This document shows positions 12,601-25,600 of a DNA stretch of 64,000 bases, piece by piece. A model generated the notes under the pieces. The model was not told where the DNA came from. It ran no database searches and saw nothing but the letters and a program-made list of their open reading frames with translations. A program made the position numbers and the translations under genes. The first letter of the stretch is position 1, and each line of letters begins with the position of its first letter. Origin of the DNA: Marsupella aquatica (taxonomy: Eukaryota > Plantae > Marchantiophyta). Location of the stretch: assembly GCA_973895155.1 (NCBI GenBank), contig OZ316896.1, forward strand, positions 14,294,684-14,358,683, read 5' to 3'.

Positions 12601-14784
12601 AAAATCATATTTTTCATACAGCGTTGCTCTTGTTACAAAGATTGCTTCAAGTACTTTGCCGCTACGGAGCTACGGAAGATTTTAAATGTGCATCTTCACT
12701 CCATTCCATTATTTTACATTCTTACTTTGGCATTGAGGTGAGCACATAATGTTCTTAGACTGATATAAATGTAGGTGAACAATTAATGAGAGAATTTATC
12801 ATCCATTTGTAGTTGAATTATCTCATGATTAGGGAGGTATATGCTTAATCGACCCCCTGTGGACTCTTTCCTCCTTGATCGACCCCCTATGTTCAAAAGT
12901 GCCCCAATCGACCCCCTCTTACAGTTTCATACACATTGGGGCATTATAGAGCATGACGTACACATTTGGGAGGGCGAATGCAGTTTCTTGCTTACCTGTG
13001 TACGGTGACTGCACCAGACTTCAACCATGAGCGCAATGGACTTGTCCAACCCGTCACCGCGCAGTTTAGGATGGCCTGATACCGCGTCGATCGGTGAATG
13101 CAATACGTATTTTGTCTTCTGATGTTTATTCATAAATCTTCCTGACGTATCGACTCCGGACGACTCCAGAGGATCATTGTTTCACGTTCTGTCAGGACGA
13201 CTTCTCTCTGTCACGAGCTTTTGGGGGACCCATCAATGTAGTACCCCAAAAGGTCATGGGGTCTCATATATGGGGTCTACAAAGTAAGACATTTCAGTTT
13301 TGGGATCCATGAACTATATATGTCGGACTACTAAGAGAGCATATATCTCCAACCTGTTGGGTTACATTGGGGCATAGGAGGCATTTGCTCTAGTTTTCTT
13401 TGGCATCCCGCTTGCACCAAATGTAGTATCACACTAAGGACATAAATAAACATTTAAGATCCAAAACTCAGTATTCGTTCCCATGGAAGAACATGTAAGG
13501 AATGATTTTCTATAATTTAGCACTTTTGAATGAGTAAGATGACAAAAACACAAGGTTGAGCCTTTTACTATGGTTGCTCAGCAAGGCATAGATTTGAATG
13601 TTTGCTTAACATTGTAAATAAAATTTTAAAAATAGAATAAATTAACAAAATACAATGAAAATCTTGAGGTATGGTGAGGGAGCTAGAAAACAACCACTGA
13701 AGGTGACTCCTCAACATAACTTCATTTGATGTGATTTAGGTGATATATCCATATGAACATTTCTGGAAAGGATTACGGTACTAGGATGATCACTAAAATG
13801 TCATCAACATGTCTCTACTTTTCCTTCCAAGGTCCTCATTGGAGACTAGTAATCAATCACTTCTGTATCCAATCGGTACTTTGTGTCACAAATAAGAGAC
13901 ACCATCATCATCAAATTTGAAGTCATAAGATATTGGAAATTAATCCTTCTTAGCATCCTGTGCTCAAGCAAGGTCATGCCAACAACTACGCATCAAGAAC
14001 TAAGGAATATGTGAAACATCACCAACAAGGAATCTATTTCCACATATACCAAAGATTTAACAATCACAATGATTTTATTTCAAGGGTCCAAACTTCTCAT
14101 CCGTTCATGCTTGAAGGGGGAAGAAATCCTTTGTATTAAGTACTCATATGCAATGGAGTTCTCTTTACAAGGTGGAGGTAACAAAGTTACAATCTTGCAA
14201 CTGAGCGCTCATGAAATTTCTTCACACTAAAAGTGATAGAAATTCAACTACATATAGGCTAGCAGGAATCAAAGGGAAAAGAGATAATGAAAGTACATGC
14301 CCTTTCATATCTTAAGGGTCATAAAATAAAGTAAAAAGTATGAAAATATGTTATAAGAATACTTAAGGTTCACTAGAATGCTCCTTGAATCAAAAACTAA
14401 TCAAAAGTTATCCCTAGTGTAAACTGGAGTAAAAATGTTTTTGCAGTTTTGTTGTAAAACTAACAAATAGTGAGTTTGTCAGAATTTTAGTTTCTAACAT
14501 GAAGTTCAAAATAGGGTGAAAATTTTCTAGGTGGAAGATTTACATACATGTTACATTCTGGCAAAGTTTTAGACTTTTCTAAGGTGTCTAAGTGCCTTAA
14601 TAGAATCGGTGAAAAGTGCTGGCAGATATAAAATACACTTTTCCGGAAAATTTTCTAAGTGTCGGAAGCGCCGTTGCGCCTTTGCGCTATGGCATAGTAG
14701 CGTCGTTGCGCCTTTGCGCAATCACGCTAAAATAAAACTAAAGTGTTAATAACTTCTAAACTACATGTCAATTTAAGTCGATAC

Positions 14785-14860
14785 TTTCAGGGTAGGTTCT
14801 ACTACATAAGTGCACCTGAAAAAGTTTATGTGCACTTATGTAGTAGAACCTACCCTGAAA
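14785..14860. repeat. Perfect 31-bp inverted repeat with 14-nt spacer
   Basis: TTTCAGGGTAGGTTCTACTACATAAGTGCAC / GTGCACTTATGTAGTAGAACCTACCCTGAAA. Confidence 0.95.
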
Positions 14861-15044
14861 AAGTATGAGTCTTTCTATCTATGATAACCACTTAACAAAA
14901 ATTGTAAAGATCGACTGATCTTGATTTGAAAGATGGAGAAGGTCAATCTTCTTGAAGCAGTGCTGTCTGGTCCGGTGGTTGGAAATTTCTGAATGTCTCT
15001 GTTTGAATCACTTCTCGAAGGAAATCCATAACCTAAGTATCATG

Positions 15045-17583
15045 TCAAGCAAAAGGTAGTGACCTGATTTGTCGCTCAGCATTTAAAACAGGAAGTAGTC
15101 TCCTGTGGAACATGGTGTTCACCTTACTAGCTTGCATATAGATGCCCACGAAATCATAACTACAACAAGTGGTATGATAGTTGCGTGGAAACTTGTGGAT
15201 GAAGGTGTCAGAGTCCTTGGCAAGCGACAGAAGTGGAGTAACACTAGGTAACAGTTTCCGCCACTTCAGGGTGTAATCAGCCAACCGTTGGGAAGTAATG
15301 TTGTTCCAGATTCTCTGACTCTCAGCAACCGGTGTAATAAATTGTTGAGCAACAAAGGGTTCCTCTGGTAGGGTACTATGGTCGACCTGATATCGTTTGT
15401 TGATTTGTCTCAAAAAGTTGATGATGAATTCCAAGACATAGGCAGGTAAGTTCCCGAAATATGCCAAAGCCAGGTCTCCATTCTCCAATACAATGTATCC
15501 AACCAGGATCATGACAACAAGAATAGGGCAAAAATATTCAACTTCTGTCCAGATCTCATCCATCTCTGCTATCTCCAAGCGGTTGACATCCTTTAGATGA
15601 AGCTTCAGGATATAGAGACATTCAACTCTCTTTTATGATGGTACTGCCAAAACTCTAAGATGGGAGGAGTTCTAAGGTCTGAAACTCTGACAAATTCAGC
15701 AAACTGCTTGATACTCTCCTGAGGAGTCGTAGGGTCAATGTGCAGTGTAGGAATGAAATTGACCTGGCAGGATTTAGCTTGACCTGGTGGAAGGATGTCA
15801 GGATAGGAAGCAACAAGATGTTCAACTTCAGGTGTAATCTCGGGTTCTGGAAAACTAGGATAGAGTCGGTCTGGTTGATTTGAAGGACTGTAAGGAGAAG
15901 TAGGTGAATGACTAGAAGGAGGGGAAGCATAGTAAATGGGAGAGCCAGATGCTGAGGTATGATAACGGACTACGTTATAGACTTGCTTGGTGTTGCATCC
16001 AAAAATCTGTGTAAGTCTGTGGACTAAATCTTCACAATATTCTTGATGATGATCTCGGGTAAGTAAAGCTGATGTCTTATGCAAAAGATCATCTGACTAA
16101 GATATCAATTAAGTGTCTCTCATCACACTCCAACATGTCGGTCATTTTATTGACAAGAGTAGAATAGTGTTCAGCAGAGTGACGTGGAGAAGCAGATAGT
16201 GTCTGATGAAGTTCTAACCTGGGTGATGTATTGTTCTCCTCCATCGGTTCAGCTTCAGCAATATTTGTAACCTTAAGATTGGAGGTAGATGGTGTGGGTC
16301 GAAATAGCTCCATCGCCCCGGAATAGAACTGAGTGGGACCTTGGGTTGGAGAGTATGGAGGATTGGGACTACTAGGTTCAGGCAGAGTTACAGAGGCTGC
16401 TCTTAACCTCTCAACAGAGTCAACTATCTCCTCAGGTTCACAGATCATAAGTTGCTTAACTTATCGACAATTGCTGATTACATTCTACTCTCAGTTCTTC
16501 AGCCGTTGGTTTGCTGAACATGAAGGGTCTCTTACAAGATCTCATAGAAGGGGTCAAGTTGTCTACAGGTAAATTTTGAGTCGGGACTGTAGATGATCAA
16601 AGAGTAATAGGGATAGGTATGTCAACTACAGGTGCAGATGGTGGGGATATTCCCATTGGTTCGAATGCACACTCATCGAGATTGCAATTGAGGGGAGTTT
16701 AAAGTCTTCTATCTTGATTGAGATCTTCAAAAGGGGATAGAGGGTTATCAGGAATTGGTGAAGAGGTACTTCGGGGTTCCACAAGTGGTTCTCTATGGAC
16801 AAGAGGGGAAGCTTCTGAACAAATAGGTGGGGGGACCTCTGGTTGAACTTCATCAACATCTTTTCCTTCAATATCCTCATTTCCTGATTCACTAAAATCA
16901 AATTCATCAAGCAGTCTGATCCGCTCCTCTTGTTCGCCTGGAAGTAAACAATTCCCATGAAAGTACAACTGGCAAAGATAGGCAGGGAGAGTAGTGAACT
17001 CATCCATTTTCACATTCTTTACTTGAGATAAAATAACCTGTCTTAGCAACAAGGCCCAATTTATCTCAGCAACTCCCTTCCAACTTGCCACAATGGTATT
17101 GGCAAGTGACACAGGTATCATATGCGGTCGGATGGGATGGAGAACTGGAACCAAAAACTCTAAAATGATTTTAAGAGTATAATCGATGCACTGGTCCATT
17201 TTCCATCCATGGCGAACATTTCGAGTTCCAAAAAAATAAGGTCTTGCAATCTCTCCTTGTTGTGAGTGTAAGCTGTCGCCTTTAGCAGGACAGTCAAAAG
17301 CATCAGCAACAAACTGTAGAGTCCAGAATTCTGGATTTGCTCGAGCAGTTCCCACCATACCAACTTCAATCCATGCTCCATCACTGAAATCCCTCAGAAA
17401 ACTCAATGAAGTTGCAAACCAAGGTAGAGTGAGTAATTTACTCAGGTGCATGACCGCAAATGCTTCCTTCAGAACGTGCAAGCTTCTTTTCATCGTAGGA
17501 TATGTCACAGGAACGGCCTTAGGCAAAGGAACTCCTCTCGCAGTCATCTCTCCCCCTTCGTCTGCCATAGTAATAAGAGACAA
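15045..17583 (-). pseudogene. Disrupted long transposon-associated ORF (accessory ORF family seen in bryophyte repeats)
   Basis: Four consecutive minus-strand ORFs (294, 119, 159 and 177 aa) are separated by stops or frameshifts. The first has LEFLVPVLHP..P....SLANTI..W.G...INWA.L...LCQLY, resembling repetitive hypothetical liverwort/moss proteins as recalled. Confidence 0.55.
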
Positions 17584-18940
17584 GGCGTCATTGCCAACTA
17601 TCGATGCAAAAAGATCTATGCTAGTTGATCCGTCGTTGCGCTTTCGCTCTGTTGCGCCCTACCGCCTTTGCTCCGAAAATTCTTTGTGCAGTTACGCTGT
17701 TGCGCTCTTCCCTTGAAATGCCGTTGCGCTTTCACGTCAGAGCGCTGTTGCGCTTTTGCGCTAAACCGCTGTTTGTAACCCACGGTCAAACCTTGCAGCA
17801 CTAATCTTTCTTTCGCGCTTTGAGAACATAGATAGTAGTCTCTTTGGCTCGTCTCACCCCTACCTAATTACTCAGGGTGTTAATCTGCCTAACTTAAGTC
17901 TTAATCTTGCTTATATCTAAAAGTAGATTAATTGGCTATGTTTAATCTATTTCTAACTACAATTTTTTTAAATTTTTCATTATTTCTAATTTCCTAATTT
18001 AGTCAGCTATTACACCAAACCTGTTTGGAACCAAACCCCACCGGTTTTGAGATACTCTGAAGGTAGTGGGTTTGGCATGCACCTTGGTTTGTGGACAAGT
18101 ATAAGAGTTTGTCGGTATGGAGTTGTCAAGGTACGAGAAGTGATTAACTGGGGCTCATATGATGAATGTTGAAATAGAGGCGGGAATGGAGGAAGTGGTA
18201 TAGATGTCAAGGTTCCAAACTTTCCTTTTTTCAATGGTGGTATATAGACTATAAGTTTCTAAATTTTATGAATCGTTCATTTTATGCATCGACTTGATTG
18301 AAAATTGGATTCATGATAAATGTGTACTCTATTACTGTGACAGAGCCCCAAACCCGGTAGTAACTTAGTGATAACTTATAATTGCATATATAAATAGAAA
18401 GACAAGTAGGTGTAGCAAAAGTGTTTGGATTTTTAATTTTTTTAGTTTTTGTTAGTTCTAATAAATTGATGCGACAACTGGAGGCCGGAGTTGAGAGGGA
18501 TGTTGGGTGGTGATGGATGACAATGGAGCCATTGAGGGGGTACAAGGAGGCTAAAAGACAGCCCAAGGACTTGGAGGCCAAGGTGTGGGCATCTTGGAGG
18601 GGTGGGGGCTGGTTGGAGGCTCCACATAAGGCGCAAAACGGGAAGAATGACCAAAATATAGAAAACGTTGAAACTTAAAACAGACGTTGCTGCGCTAGTA
18701 CTATTCCAAACATGGTCATGTTTGGATTAATTTTGAATCCCTCAATGAGCCCCATGCGAAACTGAGGTTCTCTAGTTGATTTTAGGTCTATGTCAAACAG
18801 CGACATCTTGAGGGACCTCAACGCCCATAAAACGACAAACTAGACAATCTTGGAGTAGTGATGGTGGGAGGGGTCTTAGAAGGAAGGGACTCCCACAATT
18901 TCCCTTCCTCAATCCGTAGTTTCCCATTATTTTTCTTCCC

Positions 18941-19212
18941 CACTCCGTAGAAGGGGCACTCCGTAGAAGAACACATCCGTAGAAGGGACACTCCGTAGAA
19001 GGGGCACTCTATAGAAGGGGCACTCTGTAGAAGAACACATCCGTAGAAGGGGCACTCCGTAGAAGGGGCACTCCGTAGAAGGGGCACTCTGTAGAAGAAC
19101 ACATCTAAAGAAGGGGCACTCCGTAGAAAAACACATCCGTAGAAGGGGTACTTCATAGAAGAACACATCCGTAGAAGGGGCACACTATAGAAGAACACAT
19201 CCGTAGAAGGGG
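18941..19212. repeat. 16-bp minisatellite, about 17 units of two variants
   Basis: CCGTAGAAGGGGCACT and CCGTAGAAGAACACAT units interspersed. Confidence 0.95.
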
Positions 19213-21444
19213 CCCCCACACATTCTTCCTCCCCTTTTTCTCTATTCTCACTTGTGAGGTTCCACCCATTCTTAAACCCTAAACCCTTTCCCTATTGTGC
19301 TTGCTTTCAACGTGTGTATGGACAGACCTTGGTTGTATGAACATTAGTTTTTTGGCCATCTCAAAATCAAGAGTCTACGGGCTTGTTGGAAAGAGCTTGC
19401 CGAGCTGAATCCAACAATGTGTCACACGGCCAAAACGGAGCTAAGACGGGGGAGATACAACAAATCACGTTTTTTCAGAATATGGGGGCTTTGAGGCCGT
19501 ATGGACGTCCATACAGCAAAACATCCCGGCTTTGCAAGGGAAGGAGGAGGTAGCAGCACATATGGGGAACCGTGATCCGTGTTTTGCAACGTCAGGGCCC
19601 CCTGGTGTTGTACGGACGAAACCGAGGGAGATGGTGTCTCGTAAAAACTTAAATGATTATATCTTGGCCGTTTTACCTCCATTTTGTGCACCATTTCCGG
19701 AGCCGTGATCAGGAAGAGGAGGGCTCCTCAGATTCCTCAGATATGTTTCCAGAAGTGAATTATGAGAAAATTTTAGTTTCGACAATTGTAGGGGCCCCCT
19801 CCTTTTACGGCGGACCGGTGGTGGCGATCAGGAGGATTGAGGCTAGTAGGTAGGGTAGATAGATAGGATAGGAGGTGGTGGACTTAAGTGAGTCCTTGTT
19901 TAAAGGAGTGGTAGTTGGCACCGTTGAAATCACCGTCGGTTCCGTAGTAGATTAGGGTTTTAGGTGAGTGACATGTGTGTGTCGCATGACTTAGGTTAGG
20001 GATTTGTTGAATGAGGTTTTAAGCAGCGCTGCTAGGGTAGCCGCCATCGTTGTGACCCCATGAGGGGTGCTTTGGTGTTTTTTTTTTGGTATTTAGGGGG
20101 GAGCCCCGTAGTGAGTAGGGGGCAACTCAGTCTAGTGTTGGTTGAGGGAAGTTTTCTCATAGCCAGAAGAGGGAATCAATCTAGAGTAGTGAGGTAGAGG
20201 TGTAGTACTTGCCCAAGTGAGGCAGGAGTTGAGCAGACGGCAGGAGGCCGAGTTGTCCTTGCAATGTGTTACAATTCTTTACCGAAAGATATGGATTTGG
20301 TTTGATTGTTGAAGCTTTGGTGTGGCGTTATCTTTTCTGTTTCACGGTTGTGTTCTTTCCCCAAGAAGTGTCTAAGGAATCCTTGCACGGATTGTCCAAC
20401 CATGTGAGTAGGGGGGATGGTGACAACACTCCACCAGCGACCAATAGGAGTGTGTGTGGTGTAGTCCATGGGACTTGATTAAAAGTAGAGAGGCTAGTCG
20501 GTAGACTTAATCAAAAATTACATTTCCGGGAGCGGAAATAAATATACTCATTCTACATGCAATAGAATCCGAATAGCGTCCCTCCACATTCCCGTCATAC
20601 AATAACAAACAATTTTAATATGAGGAAATACGTATTTGTTGTGTAAATCGTTTGATAAGTAGGTGACAACTACACCTCATGTTAGGCTCAATAGAAAGCT
20701 AGAGACAAGCTCTTCACTTCTCACATAGTGGTCATCAATAATAAATCCATTTTGATCTCAATTTAGTGACACAACTTACCGCCATGAACCAAATTGTCTT
20801 AATCTCTAAGTCAACCATACTCTAGCTTCATCATTACACTATGCTACCTAGGGCTAAATTTAAGGGCACCGATCCAATAGGTTGTAAAATGTCCATAGTT
20901 GACCTAGGGTGGCTTCACAAGTCTATTCTCATGAGTGGGTGTTTCACTACTTAGGCCTACACGTTTTTTCATGCGAAGAAAATTGCCTTTGTCAATGTCA
21001 TGAACTAACATCACCTTCTTATTCCATCCGTGTATCTGCATATTCATAAGTTTACAAATAATTCATGGGCAAAGAATGATGATAAGTTGTCTTTGAATGC
21101 CCAACCTCAAAATTATCTTCTCCCAACGTCCAGGTTTGGTTGGCCTAACAATGCCAAAAAGAAACTTGTCCATTGCAACCTACACATCTCGTTGGGGTAA
21201 TGATTATAATTATTGTCATGTTTAATTATGAAACCTTATGCCTTACGGGAGATTAAGAAGAGTTGGTTCATGGCTGTAAGTTGTGCCGCTTTACTATGAT
21301 TAAAATGGACTTATTATGAAGCAATTCAAATATTTATTACCAAACTTCCAACATTAAAACCTAAACCCTAACCCTAAACCCTAAACCCCTTAAAAACCTT
21401 GTAGGTTGCCTATATTTAAATGGCGGAACTTAAACCATGACTTG

Positions 21445-21650
21445 CATGTCATGCATGTCCCAAGTGTGTGGGTTCCCTTGTCATGGCTCTTCTAACGATG
21501 AATCCTACTCTTGAATACCAGACTTGTCTTGTATTCAAGCCAACATGACCATGTCATGCATGTCCCAAGTGTGTGGGTTCCCTTGTCATGGCTCTTCTAA
21601 CGATGAATCCTACTCGTGAATACCAAACTCGTCTTGTAGTCAAGCCAACA
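21445..21650. repeat. Tandem duplication with about 105-bp period
   Basis: CATGTCATGCATGTCCCAAGTGTGTGGGTTCCC...CAAGCCAACA occurs twice. Confidence 0.9.
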
Positions 21651-22427
21651 CCCAATTGTCTTCCAAGGTAATATCATGTGTTTTATATCTATACTAACAT
21701 TATTGTCATAGAGGGGCAGGTTTTATCAAGTAAAGCATGCATTTGTGATTCGGTTTATGCTGATTGCATGTGTGCGTCCATGTTTGACAAAGACAAGGCA
21801 TGATATGTGTTCAACTGCATGAGTGATCAATAGTATTCACTTCTATATCCATTTTTAGATATGATACGGGAAGTGCATAGTTCTCAGTAGCGTTGAGTAC
21901 ATTGTCACACATCCACAAAAATAAAGGAGTACTACTCCAAAAAAACTCTGGATTACTTTCCAAATGTTATACAAAATTGAACAGAGCACTGTCCTAAACA
22001 ACTTACTTGAGTGATATATGGCACTGTCCTACACATCTTACTAGCTTCAGTGATGACACTATACTACACAACTAACTTTAGTGCCTATTATCCACGTATA
22101 TTATTACTTGCCCAATTGGGAAGGGTGAGGAAGGTGGTCAATTGGTGTGATGAATGGATCCTGGGAAGTACACCCTTGAGAGTCATGTTCATAAAGTTGT
22201 GATTGGTGTGAGATGTCTATAGAGTTTACATGTATGTCATCCACAGCAAAAGTCATGACTTGGTCAGGAACTGTATTCTGTGGTATTGTCTATGACCGTT
22301 GTCGTGATTTTCTCTTAAGTTATGAAAAATTATTTGTTTTAATATGTTATAGATTATATAAGTAGTTTAGTAGTTAGATTATTAAATTTAGACTTTATTA
22401 ACTTTTTTAACTATATTAACGGACTAT

Positions 22428-22620
22428 AGTAGTTTCACCAATGCATATAGGTAGTTCCACCAACTACAATAATTCCACTAACGCATAGTAGTTCTACCAA
22501 CGCACAGTAGGTCTACCAACGCATAGTAGGTCCGCCAACGCATAGTAGGTCCACCAACGTAGAGTAGTTCCACCAACGCATGGTAGTTTCACCTACTAAA
22601 AGTAGTTTCACCAACTATAA
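22428..22620. repeat. Degenerate 19-bp minisatellite
   Basis: About 10 units resembling TAGTAGTTCCACCAACGCA. Confidence 0.85.
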
Positions 22621-25600
22621 ACAGTACTAGCACACTCTTAGGTATTTGATGTTTGTCACTTGGCCTTCATCCAAGTGCTTGGGCTTGATCCATGCCCTCT
22701 TGGTGTGCACTATAAATAAAGTGGTGAGGGGCACTTTCCCTCATTCCGCAATGTTTTTCATTCAAGGTTGTGAAGCTCTTTGCGCCTTAAACATAGTAGT
22801 GGGGCGTCCTTTGGCCCGGATAGCAAAGGAATGAGTGGTAGACTTATAGATGGGACCTTAGGGAATAAGGTTTCTTTGGGAATTCAAGGGTGGGGCATCC
22901 TTTGGCCGGGATAGAAAAGAAATAGGAGAATCATCATGAATTTAGGAGAGAGAGTTATCCCTGATCTTCCCTTTCGTAATCCGTTTTTGACTAGAGTCCA
23001 TCTATTAGACAAACCATCCAGGAGACAACATTTAACCTATCATTTTGGAGCTCAGTTTGCAATTGTTGTTATGGCTTTTAACAAGCCAATAGTATACCGA
23101 GTAGTGTCATACCAAGAAGAGTGAGAGTGCATTATCTTTGTCCTTTATTGAAGTCATGGATCTTAATAAGAGTCCAGTTGATATTCCTGTTTCATTTTCT
23201 CTTGGAGATATTAGGATCATATGTCGTAAAAAAACTAGTTTCCGTGATGTGTTGATCCGCAAGTATGGTGAAGTAGGGTTTAACAGTATTTAAGTTTCAC
23301 CTGAACCTTTCTTAATATCCACTACCCTTGTTACTAGAATTATCATTTTGGTTTTAGTGTAGAACTTATGGGCATGCAAGTTAACTTCATAAGAGCTAAC
23401 ATGCTCTTACCAAAAAAACACGATCACCGGGACACCATCCCGTTGTACCTCATTCGGGACCTCGTGCCCTCACCCTGCTTGTCTGGTGTTTGGGTTGCTT
23501 TTGCTTTACTGGAATTGGGCATTGTTTTATTGGACCATCCCTTGTTCACCATAGGGCAAATATGCAAAGCCTTGATAAGCTTCACAAGAATCATCTTCTT
23601 GGGGATGATCGGCTGTTGGGCCAATACCACACAATACTTATTCATGAGCATTGCCTTCCTTTGAGCTTTGGACTGCTTCCAACGAAGGCGCACGGTGGAC
23701 CTCAATCGAGTCCATGCATCCTTATTCACGTCCTTCTTGGCTGTAGCTCGACCTTGCTTCTGCTTCTTCTTTTGAACATGACGAACTGATACGTTAAATT
23801 TAGAACTCAAACAAGGCAACCCTAGCTCCAATAGAGTAGGCGACAATGTCATATTGGTGCGTCAAAAATATGTGTGTCTGGAATGCTTTAAAAGAACTAT
23901 AAGACTGTGGCACATGGGGACCAACTATGCAGACAAAAATATGGTCTCCATTCAAATGGACATGCCCTGGGCCCTCACTCCGTGTAAAGTAAGTAGACCC
24001 CCTGCAATCAGGCCCTTTTCCTGTTTACCCCTTGTTATTTCCATTTTACTATTAAAAGTTCCCTTATTACCGGTAATAATTATAATTATTAGTTCAAAAT
24101 TAATAAAAACTACCCTTTGAGCGTTTGCACGTCCTCCACATATTAGTTAAGATTGAGGGCCCAGGGTGGACGCAGTGGCGGAAATGTTCATTGTCCTTGG
24201 CCTGAGGAACTCTTGCACCTCGTGCCGCCATGGCAAAGGTGAGAAATCCAAAGCTACCTTGGTTGGGCTCTAAATTAAACCCAACCTCTCAACCTCGTGC
24301 TCTGCCGAGTCAATCTGAATTCAAAAATAGCAGCACAACACAATTCAAAAACAACACAAAGCATATCAAAGAATGTGAGCTCAACCAGTGACAAAAGCAC
24401 ACAAAACAATCACAATCCAACACGCAAAGGGCACATGCCCATGCCCACATCCAACACCAATGTCCACGCCCACAGTGCCACGACCTAGAACTCACATCTG
24501 CAGCAGCACCCCCGTCCTTGCCCAGTCCGCAACAGCTTCAGACAACATGCAACAAGATTTGCAAATAGAAGGCTGTCAGGTGCGACGGCACTAGTGAACA
24601 TCAACCTTAGGCGTTTGTATACAAAACTAGTTTGGTCTTCAGACTAAAAGTGCATGGGCCCTGACCTTACCATGGACGGACTGCAAGACTACCGCGACGG
24701 ACTGTGAGCAAACCGTGACTGCGTCGGATGACGGCCTCAAATGCATTGCAAAGCCCCCGTAGTCGTGGTGAATTGTCCTGGTTAGGCTTCGCACGCCCCA
24801 ATGTGTACGAAGCTGTCACAGGGGGTCGATTGGGGCACTTTTGAACATAGGGGGTCGATCAAGGAGGAAAGAGTCCACAAGGGGTCGATTAAGCATACAC
24901 CTCCATGATTAGGTGTAAAATGGTATGTTCCCTATCACAATCCATGGGGATAACCGGGGCAAACATGCCAATCCATCTAGGCTTTTGTTTCATGTGCACG
25001 AGTCATTATTAGAACTTGATTATGTTCTTTATTTCCTTTATTGCCTAGGTTTTTATTGGTAGGTTAAATTTTATTATTGTGGCACCTCAAATAAAGTTGC
25101 CTCACTCTTTTGGCAAATGAAACAAAAGATGAAATGTTTGCAGAGAGGCCAACAACTCTAACTTATATCTCTCTAGTTCAAAGTTATTTGATAAATTTAT
25201 TTATTTACGGACCCATGAGAGGTCCCTTCCAAACTTCCTGGCACCAGAGCGTGCCATGTCAACAACAACCGCAACAAACAAGACTGGTCAATTTTGTGAA
25301 TCAAACTTATAGTTTTCATTCGTGTTTGCGTCAATTTGTGTGTAAATTTTGGGACGCCATGCCGTAAAAAGAAATGTAAAAATTTAGAAATGCAAAGAGC
25401 AAGACGTGTAAAACTGTCACTATGTAATCGTTTTACTTACGTATCCAATTTTAAAAATTAAATTCAAAAATTTGAAAAGTAGATATTTTTCACATAATAA
25501 ACAATGACTAATAACTAACTTGATAACTTCCTTGTTAAAGGGTAACTAGCACATGGATTAAGATTTCCAGCTTTTTGCAATTCAGGCAAACTGCCAGCTA

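Larger units (their letters stand above)
12834..24903. mobile_element. 12 kb TIR DNA transposon, Mutator-like, apparently non-autonomous with nested insertions
   Basis: 109-bp TIRs (12834-12942 and 24795-24903, 6 mismatches) start GAGGT and each contain three ATCGACCCC sub-repeats. The direct repeat CATGATTAGG flanks both ends (12824-12833, 24904-24913). Confidence 0.88.

Noticed and set aside
13700-14300. Possible retroviral protease/pol remnant
   Set aside because: Only a weak VVVGMTLL resemblance; no DSG, RT or integrase motifs.
18941-19212. CRISPR-like array
   Set aside because: The 16-bp period has only two recurring spacer types, there are no cas genes and the context is eukaryotic; it is a minisatellite.
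21358-21390. Interstitial telomere
   Set aside because: Only about four degenerate AAACCCT units, common in plant repeats.
21444-21490. SWIM-like peptide CMSCMSQVCGFPCHG as MULE transposase evidence
   Set aside because: The spacing is imperfect, it sits in a tandem duplication and no DDE domain is visible upstream.
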